From the NCBI RefSeq assembly GCF_001017655.1, contig NZ_CP010904.1, forward strand, positions 2,220,001-2,252,000: a DNA stretch of 32,000 nucleotides. The letters are read 5' to 3'. The position numbers were made by a program, and so were the translations under genes. Position 1 is the stretch's first letter. Every line of letters starts with the position of its first letter. Positions 23,601 to 30,792 of the stretch are shown piece after piece. Under the pieces are notes generated by a model, which worked only from the letters and a program-made list of their open reading frames with translations, did no database searches and had not been told where the DNA came from. Source of the DNA: Kiritimatiella glycovorans (lineage in GTDB: Bacteria > Verrucomicrobiota > Kiritimatiellia > Kiritimatiellales > Kiritimatiellaceae).

Positions 23601-24703
23601 GCACCCGCCGAACGGCGGGATGGATGATGTTCAGCAACTTCAACTGGTTCCGCAACGCCTGGTCGGCGGAACACCTGGCCCCCTACCCCGTCCAAGAGTA
23701 CACCCGCAGCGCCTACGCGGACGTGCTGATCTCCGCCCGCTTCCGTAACCGCCACGTCTACGCGGGGAACGGGATCCGGGGCGAACTGGTGGTCGTCAAC
23801 GACTCCAACCGCTTCCGGGACCTCTCCCGGCTGACCTGCACCATGGAGCTCCGCGACGCCGGAGGGCGGCGGCTGGGACGCCGCCGGTTCGAGCTGCCCG
23901 ACTGTCCCTACTTCCGGAAAAGTACCGCTGAATTCTCCTTCCCGATCGCCCGCGACCGGGAAACCGACCGCGGCCCCTGCCGGCTCGAACTGTCCCTGCG
24001 CAGCGGCGACCGGATTGTGGCACGAAACCACTACCGCATACTCGTGGGCCCGAAACGCATCGACCGGCCCTTTGAAGGGCAGCGAAGGGAGCTGGTCGTG
24101 CTGCAGAACAGCCCCCTGAACGAGTATCTCAACCGCCGCGGGATCCGGTTCCGAACCGGCATGAAATCCACCGCCCATCACCAGGGTCCCCGGCTGGATC
24201 CGCAGAAGGACGTGATGCTCATCAGCGGACCCCCGGCGCCGCGGCACGACACCAACCGCGGACGGATTCTGGACTATTTCGTGCGCACGGGCGGCCGCCT
24301 CGTTCTCCTGGAAACCGGTGACGCGGCCGACCTGTTTCCGGACGACGGCATTCTCAAATATATCCCCCGCAACGTGGAACAGGCTAATATCGAGGAGACG
24401 GAGCATCCCCTCTACAAGGGCCTGCGCCACGGCGATCTGAAATGGTGGAACTCGGAGTGGTCGGGGCCGAAGGTCGCCCTCGGCACCTATGAACTGGAAT
24501 GGGACGCGCCGAACCTGGTCCCGCTCGCGGAAGACATCCGCACGCACGCCTATGGATGGAAGGGACCCAAGACCTATCCGTGTTTCCTGTACAGGTCGGG
24601 CGAAGGCGAAGCACTCGTCTGCGAACTGCGCGCATCCGCGTGGAAAACCGATCCGCTGGCGGAACGTCTGCTGTCCAACCTGCTGGACTGGGCGCTGAAG
24701 TAA
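20630..24703 (+). CDS. 1357-aa secreted GH2-family-like glycoside hydrolase with two N-terminal lectin/CBM-like domains and a long C-terminal extension
   Basis: Signal peptide: MHALQKRSVRLTGLILLLSTAAAGAQS. Residues ~30-200 are ConA-like/DUF1080-like (GDWRVEDETLTG...GIAVGGSWHRCEFRDLSIEP). Residues ~205-360 are malectin-like (AIRINFVTPTNPAASGDLVSDGSAFNEAAGLGWN). A charged linker follows. GH2-type core motifs: LDGDWLFLPG, IHMNGRPYWLGGANMG, IMRSHGFPP and VWTVGNEQYF. Confidence 0.7.
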   Translation: MHALQKRSVRLTGLILLLSTAAAGAQSSSRLTDFSWAPEPGGDWRVEDETLTGKDRPLTADVDAHDYVFRGEARCIERDGVAQIWLSFRYRDPWNRYAVALRGGLMDDLILYRYRESDGSSPDIHLGHFAPLGFDLKPGQWIPFEIRVVGPSITIRAGDVAEPQMVFEDTGGLTRGGIAVGGSWHRCEFRDLSIEPVEPRTAGRFSDEAIRINFVTPTNPAASGDLVSDGSAFNEAAGLGWNRDVRRYTRARKDREDVPAEQLSGVCVAHGLDRATFRYRLENGRYWVTPVLGDVEYPSRAEVRIDEQRVLEQELARNEFLRRGFPVEVTNGELALTFVSNHPDGQQGLFLSELIIEPWKDVGEDKLASKEEKAAAERRRLKQQQEKRLRRRQGYRARSMDADTLTLDGDWLFLPGRETGEADRPQAPAEADEDWHVVDVPAFLNPISFWCLTGNRGQAYGFRHHEMRRVEDLTFDVRDLQSGWYRQWFELPEGGSGDGLIAEFDAAAMNAAVYCNGEPVTRHSGMFGRFEADLTPFVQWGRTNLLAVYVSSNTRQFSREVDTVAVSVEVTEDMLKSLPRGFYHPAYDGMGRRVTDRPIGLWQPVRLKRVSRRVRLEDLFFKPRTDGADLQLDLRNTGRSRESLQIEAEVAGRTFTRSTEVEPDQTRRVTLSLDPDGIEPWFPHDPNLYTLKTTVRALRDGSVLAQDTREVGFRTIEVEGTQIHMNGRPYWLGGANMGPLAYRPNDAALARRFLKHMHEANQRIMRSHGFPPTETWARAADRYGVGLSSEGVWPWLMIRNSEIPDRALLDQHKRETIEIIKRLRNHPGILVWTVGNEQYFMDDRDPERKKKKWAYFQELLDLYRTYDGTRPVILTSGYVAHPGQAEYVEAHGFDDGDLADPHLYSGWYTPSVFSDQYAEGRYLPATRKPILSQEASTGYPNDDTGTSELHYIKLFVPQIWVGDDAFPDRNPDRFLRHQAVVTKEWIEDVRRTRRTAGWMMFSNFNWFRNAWSAEHLAPYPVQEYTRSAYADVLISARFRNRHVYAGNGIRGELVVVNDSNRFRDLSRLTCTMELRDAGGRRLGRRRFELPDCPYFRKSTAEFSFPIARDRETDRGPCRLELSLRSGDRIVARNHYRILVGPKRIDRPFEGQRRELVVLQNSPLNEYLNRRGIRFRTGMKSTAHHQGPRLDPQKDVMLISGPPAPRHDTNRGRILDYFVRTGGRLVLLETGDAADLFPDDGILKYIPRNVEQANIEETEHPLYKGLRHGDLKWWNSEWSGPKVALGTYELEWDAPNLVPLAEDIRTHAYGWKGPKTYPCFLYRSGEGEALVCELRASAWKTDPLAERLLSNLLDWALK

Positions 24704-24783
24704 TGCCGATCGAAACGGTGGAGTATACCGATGATAAACAAGCATCCTGACGATTTGAACATCACACCGAAGGGAAGGTTCTG

Positions 24784-25917
24784 ATGAGCGGAGCTGTGCA
24801 GGGAATACTGGAGCGTCGTGATCCGGGGCGGGTGGTCTACGCCCCGAACTACTGGCAGTGGTATGCGCACCACCGCCATCACGGGACGCTCCCCCCGGAA
24901 CTGGCGGACACCCGGACCCAGCTCGAGGTCATCCGACACCTCGGACTGGATGTCTTCAGCCGCAATCTCTACTGCGATCAGCGGCGCGGCTGGTTCGGCG
25001 GCCTGCTGAACCCGGTCTGGAGCGCACCGGTCACCGCCGCTGAACACGAGGAACAGGACGGCCGCGATCTCGTCCTGGAACAGCACTGGCAGACCCCCGC
25101 CGGTCCGCTCCACGAGCGCAGACGTTACGTATGGGAGGAGTCCACCCTCGTGCAGGAGGAATTTCCGATCACGGACTACGAGGAGCAGGCGGAGGCGCTG
25201 GAGGCATGGCTCGAGCACCGCACCTTCCGATTCGACCGGGATCGCTGGGAGCGCGAGACGGGGCGGCTCGACGACGGCGACGTGCTCTGCGCGGGCGAGG
25301 TCTTTTCGCCGCTGAAGCTGCTGCACCTCCTCATGGGTCCGGAACAGACGACCTTTCTGCTGACGGATCTGCCCGAACGCGCGGAGGCGTGGATGAACAC
25401 CCATCACCGCCGGCAGATCGACGGCCTGCGGACGATGCTCGAGTCGGGCGTACGCGCGGTCATGGCGATGGACAATCTCGACACGATGTTCCACCCGCCG
25501 CATTACGTCGAACGCTGGAGCGCCCCGTTCTACGAAGAGGCCGCGGCGCTCTGCCATCGGTACGATGCAACCTTCTGGATCCACGCCTGCGGAAGCCAGC
25601 GCGCCAACCTCGAGCTGATCGCCTCGCTCGGAGTGGACGGCCTCGAGGGCGTGGCCTTCCCGCCGCTGGGCGACGTGACCCTGCCCGAGGCCTTCGAGAT
25701 GACCGGCGACCGGTTCCTCATCACCGGTGGCATCAGCGCGATCGAATTCGAGTCGCTGCAGACGCGCGAGGCGGTCTTCGAGTACGTGAAACAGCTCTTC
25801 AGAAGCCTGACCCCGTACCGCCACCGCTTTATGTTCTCCGCAAGCTGCAACACGCCGATCAATGCGCGCTGGGAACAGATCGTCTGGTTCCGCGACGCGT
25901 GGCGCGAGTACGCCTGA
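24784..25917 (+). CDS. divergent URO-D-superfamily protein (second copy in the window)
   Basis: 377-aa ORF with an AAGGGAAGG RBS. The C-terminal half (FWIHACGSQRANLELIASLGVDGLEGVAFPPLGDVTLPEAFEMTGDRFLITGGIS) follows the URO-D/MtaA-type pattern (H-x-C-G...G-x-D...G-N/G). The N-terminus YAPNYWQWYAHHRHHG is atypical. Confidence 0.5.
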   Translation: MSGAVQGILERRDPGRVVYAPNYWQWYAHHRHHGTLPPELADTRTQLEVIRHLGLDVFSRNLYCDQRRGWFGGLLNPVWSAPVTAAEHEEQDGRDLVLEQHWQTPAGPLHERRRYVWEESTLVQEEFPITDYEEQAEALEAWLEHRTFRFDRDRWERETGRLDDGDVLCAGEVFSPLKLLHLLMGPEQTTFLLTDLPERAEAWMNTHHRRQIDGLRTMLESGVRAVMAMDNLDTMFHPPHYVERWSAPFYEEAAALCHRYDATFWIHACGSQRANLELIASLGVDGLEGVAFPPLGDVTLPEAFEMTGDRFLITGGISAIEFESLQTREAVFEYVKQLFRSLTPYRHRFMFSASCNTPINARWEQIVWFRDAWREYA

Positions 25918-25933
25918 CACAGAGGAGCACTCC

Positions 25934-28900
25934 ATGAAGTGGAACACGAAGACCGTCATGGCCGCCCTGATCGCCGCCGTCCCCATGTTCGGCCGGGCGG
26001 GATTCGCGGCCGAATTGACCGCACGGGCGGATGACGATCCCGTCCGCACCGCGGCGATCGTCATCCCCGACCGCCCCTCGCCCGCCGAGGAGATCGCCGG
26101 CGCGTACCTCGAACAGGCCCTGTCCGCGCTGTACCCGGCGACGTCCTTTGCCCTGTCCGGGACATCCGGCGACGCGGACGCCCGCATCTTCGTCGGGACC
26201 CCGGACTCGCTGCCTGACGTCCGCGCATGGATCGGACCCGAAGCCCTCGACGGCGAGGAGCACTTCGTGGTCCGGCACGGCGTGCGCGACCGGCGGCCGG
26301 CCGGGCTCATCGCCGGAGCGACCGGACGAGCCGCGCTTTTCGGGGTCTACCGCCTCACCGAGGCGCTCGGATGCGGCCACTACCTGAGCGAAACAACCTT
26401 CCCCGCCCCCCGCGAATCCTTTTCTTTCGAGGCCTGGGACCTCGAGGACCATCCGCTGGTGCACGACCGGATCGTCTTCAACTGGCATAACTTCCTCTCC
26501 GGCTGTTCGGGATGGGACGAAGAGCACTGGCTGAGCTGGATCGAGCAGTCGCAGAAGATGGGCTACAACACGATTATGGTCCACGCCTACGGCAATAACC
26601 CCATGTTCACCTACACCTTCCGCGGCATGGAGAAGCCGGCGGGGTACGTCGCCACGACCCGACGGGGACGGGACTGGGGCAATCAGCACGTCAACGACGT
26701 CCGCCGCCTCCCCGGCGGGGAGATCTTCGATTCCGCCGAATTCGGAAGCGAGGCTGCCCTCGTCCCCGAAGATCGACGGATCGCGGCCAAGCAGTCCATG
26801 ATGCAGCGGGCCTTCGCCGACGCCGGGCGACGGGAGATGCGCGTCTGTTTCGCTCTGGATATCGACACCGCATCTGTGCTGCCGCAGGAGATGATCACGG
26901 CCCTGGACGAGGATGAGCGCTTCAGCAATGGCGATATCTGGTTGCCGCGGCCGGACACCCCCGGAGGGTATGAATTCTACCTGGCGCAAGTGCGTGCGCT
27001 GCTGGAACTTTACCCGCAGATCGACATGCTCTCTCTCTGGCGACGCCCCGGTGCCGCCGAATGGGGAAAACTCCAGGAGGTCGGCCATTTGCCCTCGGCA
27101 TGGCGGGAAGAATACGAGGCCCATGTGCGGGAGCATTCTCATGTCGCCGAGATGGACATCAAGCGGGTTCTGCCGGCCTTCGCTCTGAGCAAGGTGGCCG
27201 CCGCCTTCCAGCGCGCGTTCGTGAAACTCGGACGGGAGGACGTGCGCCTGAGCACGGGCAGTTGGCACACGGACTGGATGCCCTCGGCATTGGAATTCTT
27301 TCCTGAGGAATTCACCATGATGCCGATCGACTCGCAGAGTATGAATCGCTATAAAGGCGGCTCGTTCTTCTATCGGGATCGGCCCCGCAAGGTGCTTGAA
27401 AGCGCGCGCGGACGGGTGACGCCGATCGTCTGGGCGCATCACGACGACGGGGAATACATCGGTCGGCCGCTCGATCCGCATGAGGATTTGAACGACACCC
27501 TTTCCGACCTGGAGGCGGGCGGGTTCGGCATCCTGCACTGGATGAACCGACCGCTGGACCTCTACTTCAAAAACCACGTCCGCCAGGTGTGGGACCGGTC
27601 GCGCAACGAGGCCCTGTCGCGTACGTGCCGGATCATGGCGCGTCATTACTTCGGCCCGGAACACGCGCAGACCCTCGGCGACCACCTGCTGCGCTGGGTT
27701 GAGGACGGGCCGATTTTCGGCCGGGTCACGAGCAATCACTTTTTCACGGAGGAGCAGTATATCCCCGAACCGGAAGAGAACATCCGCGAGTGCCGGGAGC
27801 GCCTTCAGCGGCTTCGGTCCGCCGACACCTCCGGGATGACCGCGCGTCAGCGTGAGCGCCTCGAATACTTCAGGACGCTGGAAGAAGTGATCATCGGATT
27901 CTGCCGGGACCAGGAACTCGCCTACAGCCCGGCCCGCGAGGCGATCGAGCGCGGCGAGTACGAACGGGCCCGCGCCCTCCTGAATACGGCGGACCCGGTC
28001 GGCACCATTGAACAGTACGCGGAGCTGTCTCAGATCGGTCGCCCGGATCGCGGCGAGGAGGCGATGGTCGTCTCGCTGGGTACGCGCTGGCTCACGGACT
28101 TTATCGCCGCGTCCCAGGCCGCCGGCCTCGGGGCGGTTCGAATCCACTACGGCCCTACCCGCCACGAGCCGCTCAGCATGGGCGCGGGACGCTACACCTA
28201 TCATATCGATCGGAGCCGCCGGTACTGGTCGGTCCTCGGCGAACGGGAGACCGGCCTGCCGGCTGTGACGGTACCGGACGTCGTCGCACAGCCCGCTCCG
28301 AACGGCGGGACCGCGCCGGAGGAGGCCTTTCTGCGCCGAGGGGTCCGGATCGACCGGCCCGCGACCCTGACCGTCGCACCGATGGTCGACTTCTTCCGGG
28401 ATCTCGCCCCCGGCGCATATCGAGTGTGCGTCTGGCTCAGTCCCGCCGACAAAACGGCCTCGTGCTGCCTCCGGGTCACCTCCGGCCCCTCCGACCCGGA
28501 CGTGGTGCGGATCGAACCCGTTCGGGCGCGGTTCCTGCGGATCGAATGCCGCGGGTACGGGACCGGCGACTGGAACAGCATCCATAAACTGGAGGCCGAC
28601 GCCCTCGATCGCGAAGATACCGCGGCCGTCACGGCCAGCGACTCCATCGACGGTTATCCCCCGGAGGCGGTGCTCGACGACGACGACGAGACCCGCTGGG
28701 CCACGCGGGGCGATCACTGGATCCAGGTTCCCCTGGATCCCGGCAAACCCCTCGAAACCGTGAAGATTGCCTGGTACAAGGGCGAGTCGCGTTCCTACCG
28801 CTACACCTTGAAGGTGTCCGATGACGGCGAGGACTGGCAGGAAGTCTCACGGTTGTCCGGCGGGGAAACGGACGTCAGGCGCGAGATTACTCTGGGCCAC

Positions 28901-29041
28901 TCAACAGGGGGAGCGACCCGCGTATCGGCCTGCGAGATCCCGATCCGCCTCAAACGCCCGGCCTCGATCCGGCTGCAGGTCGAGCCCCGCGACGGCGCCG
29001 TCGTGCTGCACACGCTGACCTGCACGCCCGAAGGCGAATAG
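25934..29041 (+). CDS. large secreted glycosidase-like protein (GH20/GH67/GH115-type N-terminal domain + TIM-barrel-like core, family unassigned) with C-terminal F5/8 type C (discoidin/CBM32-like) domains
   Basis: The track ORF starts at 25862. ATG 25934 has an AGAGGAG RBS and gives the signal MKWNTKTVMAALIAAVPMFGRAGFA. N-domain pattern: ARIFVGTPDS...GLIAGATGRAALFGVYRLTEALGC. Core: WLSWIEQSQKMGYNTIMVHAYGNNP. C-terminus: ARFLRIECRGYGTGDWNSIHKLE, then IDGYPPEAVLDDDDETRWATRGDHWIQVPL...VKIAWYKGESRSYRYTLKVSDDGEDWQEV (discoidin signature). Confidence 0.6.
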   Translation: MKWNTKTVMAALIAAVPMFGRAGFAAELTARADDDPVRTAAIVIPDRPSPAEEIAGAYLEQALSALYPATSFALSGTSGDADARIFVGTPDSLPDVRAWIGPEALDGEEHFVVRHGVRDRRPAGLIAGATGRAALFGVYRLTEALGCGHYLSETTFPAPRESFSFEAWDLEDHPLVHDRIVFNWHNFLSGCSGWDEEHWLSWIEQSQKMGYNTIMVHAYGNNPMFTYTFRGMEKPAGYVATTRRGRDWGNQHVNDVRRLPGGEIFDSAEFGSEAALVPEDRRIAAKQSMMQRAFADAGRREMRVCFALDIDTASVLPQEMITALDEDERFSNGDIWLPRPDTPGGYEFYLAQVRALLELYPQIDMLSLWRRPGAAEWGKLQEVGHLPSAWREEYEAHVREHSHVAEMDIKRVLPAFALSKVAAAFQRAFVKLGREDVRLSTGSWHTDWMPSALEFFPEEFTMMPIDSQSMNRYKGGSFFYRDRPRKVLESARGRVTPIVWAHHDDGEYIGRPLDPHEDLNDTLSDLEAGGFGILHWMNRPLDLYFKNHVRQVWDRSRNEALSRTCRIMARHYFGPEHAQTLGDHLLRWVEDGPIFGRVTSNHFFTEEQYIPEPEENIRECRERLQRLRSADTSGMTARQRERLEYFRTLEEVIIGFCRDQELAYSPAREAIERGEYERARALLNTADPVGTIEQYAELSQIGRPDRGEEAMVVSLGTRWLTDFIAASQAAGLGAVRIHYGPTRHEPLSMGAGRYTYHIDRSRRYWSVLGERETGLPAVTVPDVVAQPAPNGGTAPEEAFLRRGVRIDRPATLTVAPMVDFFRDLAPGAYRVCVWLSPADKTASCCLRVTSGPSDPDVVRIEPVRARFLRIECRGYGTGDWNSIHKLEADALDREDTAAVTASDSIDGYPPEAVLDDDDETRWATRGDHWIQVPLDPGKPLETVKIAWYKGESRSYRYTLKVSDDGEDWQEVSRLSGGETDVRREITLGHSTGGATRVSACEIPIRLKRPASIRLQVEPRDGAVVLHTLTCTPEGE

Positions 29042-29105
29042 TGCGAGGGAATGGGCGGGAGGGTTCTGCAGAGGCGCCGGTTTTGCGGCGGTTTCGGAAA
29101 AACGG

Positions 29106-29171
29106 CCCTACCCTGCACGCTTTCATCCGCCCTAGGCGTCCCCGGTAGGGCGCAATCTCCGAGCGCGCCGC
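29106..29171 (+). repeat. gene-end repeat family, copy B
   Basis: CCCTACC-(31 nt)-GGTAGGGCGCAATCTCCGAGCGCGCCGC. The same architecture is found, reverse-complemented, at 9691-9757: CCCTACC-(30 nt)-GGTAGGGCGTGCTCTCCGAGCGCGCCGC. Confidence 0.7.
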
Positions 29172-29205
29172 CATCCGGACAGCCTTCTGCCGGACAGCCG
29201 GATCT

Positions 29206-30675
29206 CTACCATACCCCTTCGTCAGCGGGATCGAAATCGGGGTTCGGTTCCGGGATGCGCGCGCCGGTGCGACGTCGCCAGTCGCGCAACAGCGCGGCCA
29301 GTTCCGCGCACAGCTCGGGCTGCGACGGCGCGAGGTTTTGTCTTTCGGAGAGGTCCTCACGCAGGTTGTACAGCTCCAGCGATCCGTCCTCGAAGTTCTC
29401 GATCAGCTTGTAGTCGCCGCGGCGCACCACGCTGTGCGGCCGCGCCCGCAAAGGCAGGTAGCCGGGGAAGTGCCAGAAAAGGGGGCGCTCCGGAAACCGC
29501 TCCGGACGGCTTTCCAGCAGCGGCCGCAGGCTCCGCCCGTCCAGTCTTCCGGGGATCCCGCATCCCGCCAGTTCAAGAAAGGTCGGATAGAGATCCGTGA
29601 GCGCGACCGGTGTACGGCACACCGCCCCCGCCTCAATACTTCCCGGGCAACGCGCGATGAACGGCACGCGGATGCCGCCCTCGTAGAACTGTCCCTTCTG
29701 TCCCCGCAACGGAGCATTGCTTGTGATCCGGCCGTTGACGGTCCACGGTTTCCCGTACACCCCGGTCGCTCCGCCGTTGTCCGACGTGAAGATCACCAGG
29801 GTGTTCTCCGCCAGACCGTGTTCCTCGAGCGCGTCGAGGACCCGGCCGACCGCGCGGTCGAGCAGTTCGACCATCGCCGCATAGGTGGGGTTGTCGTGCG
29901 TCTCCGAAGCCGGAATCCGCTCATAGTTCGCCACCCGCTCCGCCGGCGCCTTGAGCGGGCTGTGCGGAAGGATCGAAGCCAGGTAGAGGAAGAACGGCCG
30001 GTTGCGGTGATCGCCGATAAACCGGGCCGCACGACCGGACAGCACTTCGGACATCAGCTCGCCGGAGTGGGCCGGGCCGTCTTCCGTCACGACGGAGGCG
30101 TGCAGGTGGTCGAACGACCGTGCGACGACGGCCTCATCGAATCCCTTTCGCCGGATGTATTCGACGTCTTCCGCGGCGATGCGATGCATGTGGGGGACGT
30201 GTCCGCGGCGGAAGAGGGCGTGGACCTTTCCGAAGAGCGCGGTTGCGTAACCCGCCCTCCGCAGCGGCTGCGGCAGCAGGATCGCGTCCTCCGGAACGGC
30301 CTCGGGGTTCGCGCAGGCGAGCAGCTTACGCTCGCCGTACTCGAGAAACTGCTCGTGGCCGTCAAACCGCTCCGGCGGACCGACCGTGTACACGCCGTGG
30401 CGCGGGACGTACCGGCCGGTCAGGAGACAGGCGCGGGTCGGGGCGCAGTTGGCCGCGTTCGCGTAGGCGTCGGTAAACCGCATTCCCTGCGCCGCGAGAC
30501 GGTCGATGTTCGGCGTCCGATGATAGGTGTTGCCATAGCATCCCGTGTCCGCCCACCCCAGGTCATCCGCCAGAATCAGGACGATGTTCGGGGGACGTTT
30601 CTCTGCCGCGTTCGTACGGAGAACACCGAGCGCGCCCGCCCCGAACGCCATGTGCAGGAAATCACTTCGCTTCAC
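29206..30675 (-). CDS. Cys-type sulfatase (S1 family) with a Tat-like (KR) signal
   Basis: The track ORF starts at TTG 30729. I prefer GTG 30675, preceded by GGAGGG and a 5-nt spacer, giving VKRSDFLHMAFGAGALGVL. Motifs: PPNIVLILADDLGWADTGCYGN and ANCAPTRACLLTGRY (C-x-P-x-R). TTG 30729 would fall inside the predicted -35 element. Confidence 0.85.
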   Translation of the reverse strand: MKRSDFLHMAFGAGALGVLRTNAAEKRPPNIVLILADDLGWADTGCYGNTYHRTPNIDRLAAQGMRFTDAYANAANCAPTRACLLTGRYVPRHGVYTVGPPERFDGHEQFLEYGERKLLACANPEAVPEDAILLPQPLRRAGYATALFGKVHALFRRGHVPHMHRIAAEDVEYIRRKGFDEAVVARSFDHLHASVVTEDGPAHSGELMSEVLSGRAARFIGDHRNRPFFLYLASILPHSPLKAPAERVANYERIPASETHDNPTYAAMVELLDRAVGRVLDALEEHGLAENTLVIFTSDNGGATGVYGKPWTVNGRITSNAPLRGQKGQFYEGGIRVPFIARCPGSIEAGAVCRTPVALTDLYPTFLELAGCGIPGRLDGRSLRPLLESRPERFPERPLFWHFPGYLPLRARPHSVVRRGDYKLIENFEDGSLELYNLREDLSERQNLAPSQPELCAELAALLRDWRRRTGARIPEPNPDFDPADEGVW

Positions 30676-30701
30676 CTCATCCCTCCGCAACTCACCCGCT
30701 G

Positions 30702-30751
30702 ATCGTATCGATTCGTTTCCGGGATTCAACGGGAAAGGCTATCGTTTGCAC
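30702..30751 (-). promoter_or_regulatory. sigma70-type promoter plus conserved upstream operator of sulfatase 29206-30675 (divergent with the beta-helix gene)
   Basis: The minus strand reads GTGCAAACGATAGCCTTTCCCG-TTGAAT-(16 nt)-TACGAT-(26 nt)-GTG. This is the same block and the same spacing as at 13288-13338. Confidence 0.6.
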
Positions 30752-30792
30752 TTTCTCGAAAACCGGAAACTGTGAGATTATGTCTTTTAAAC

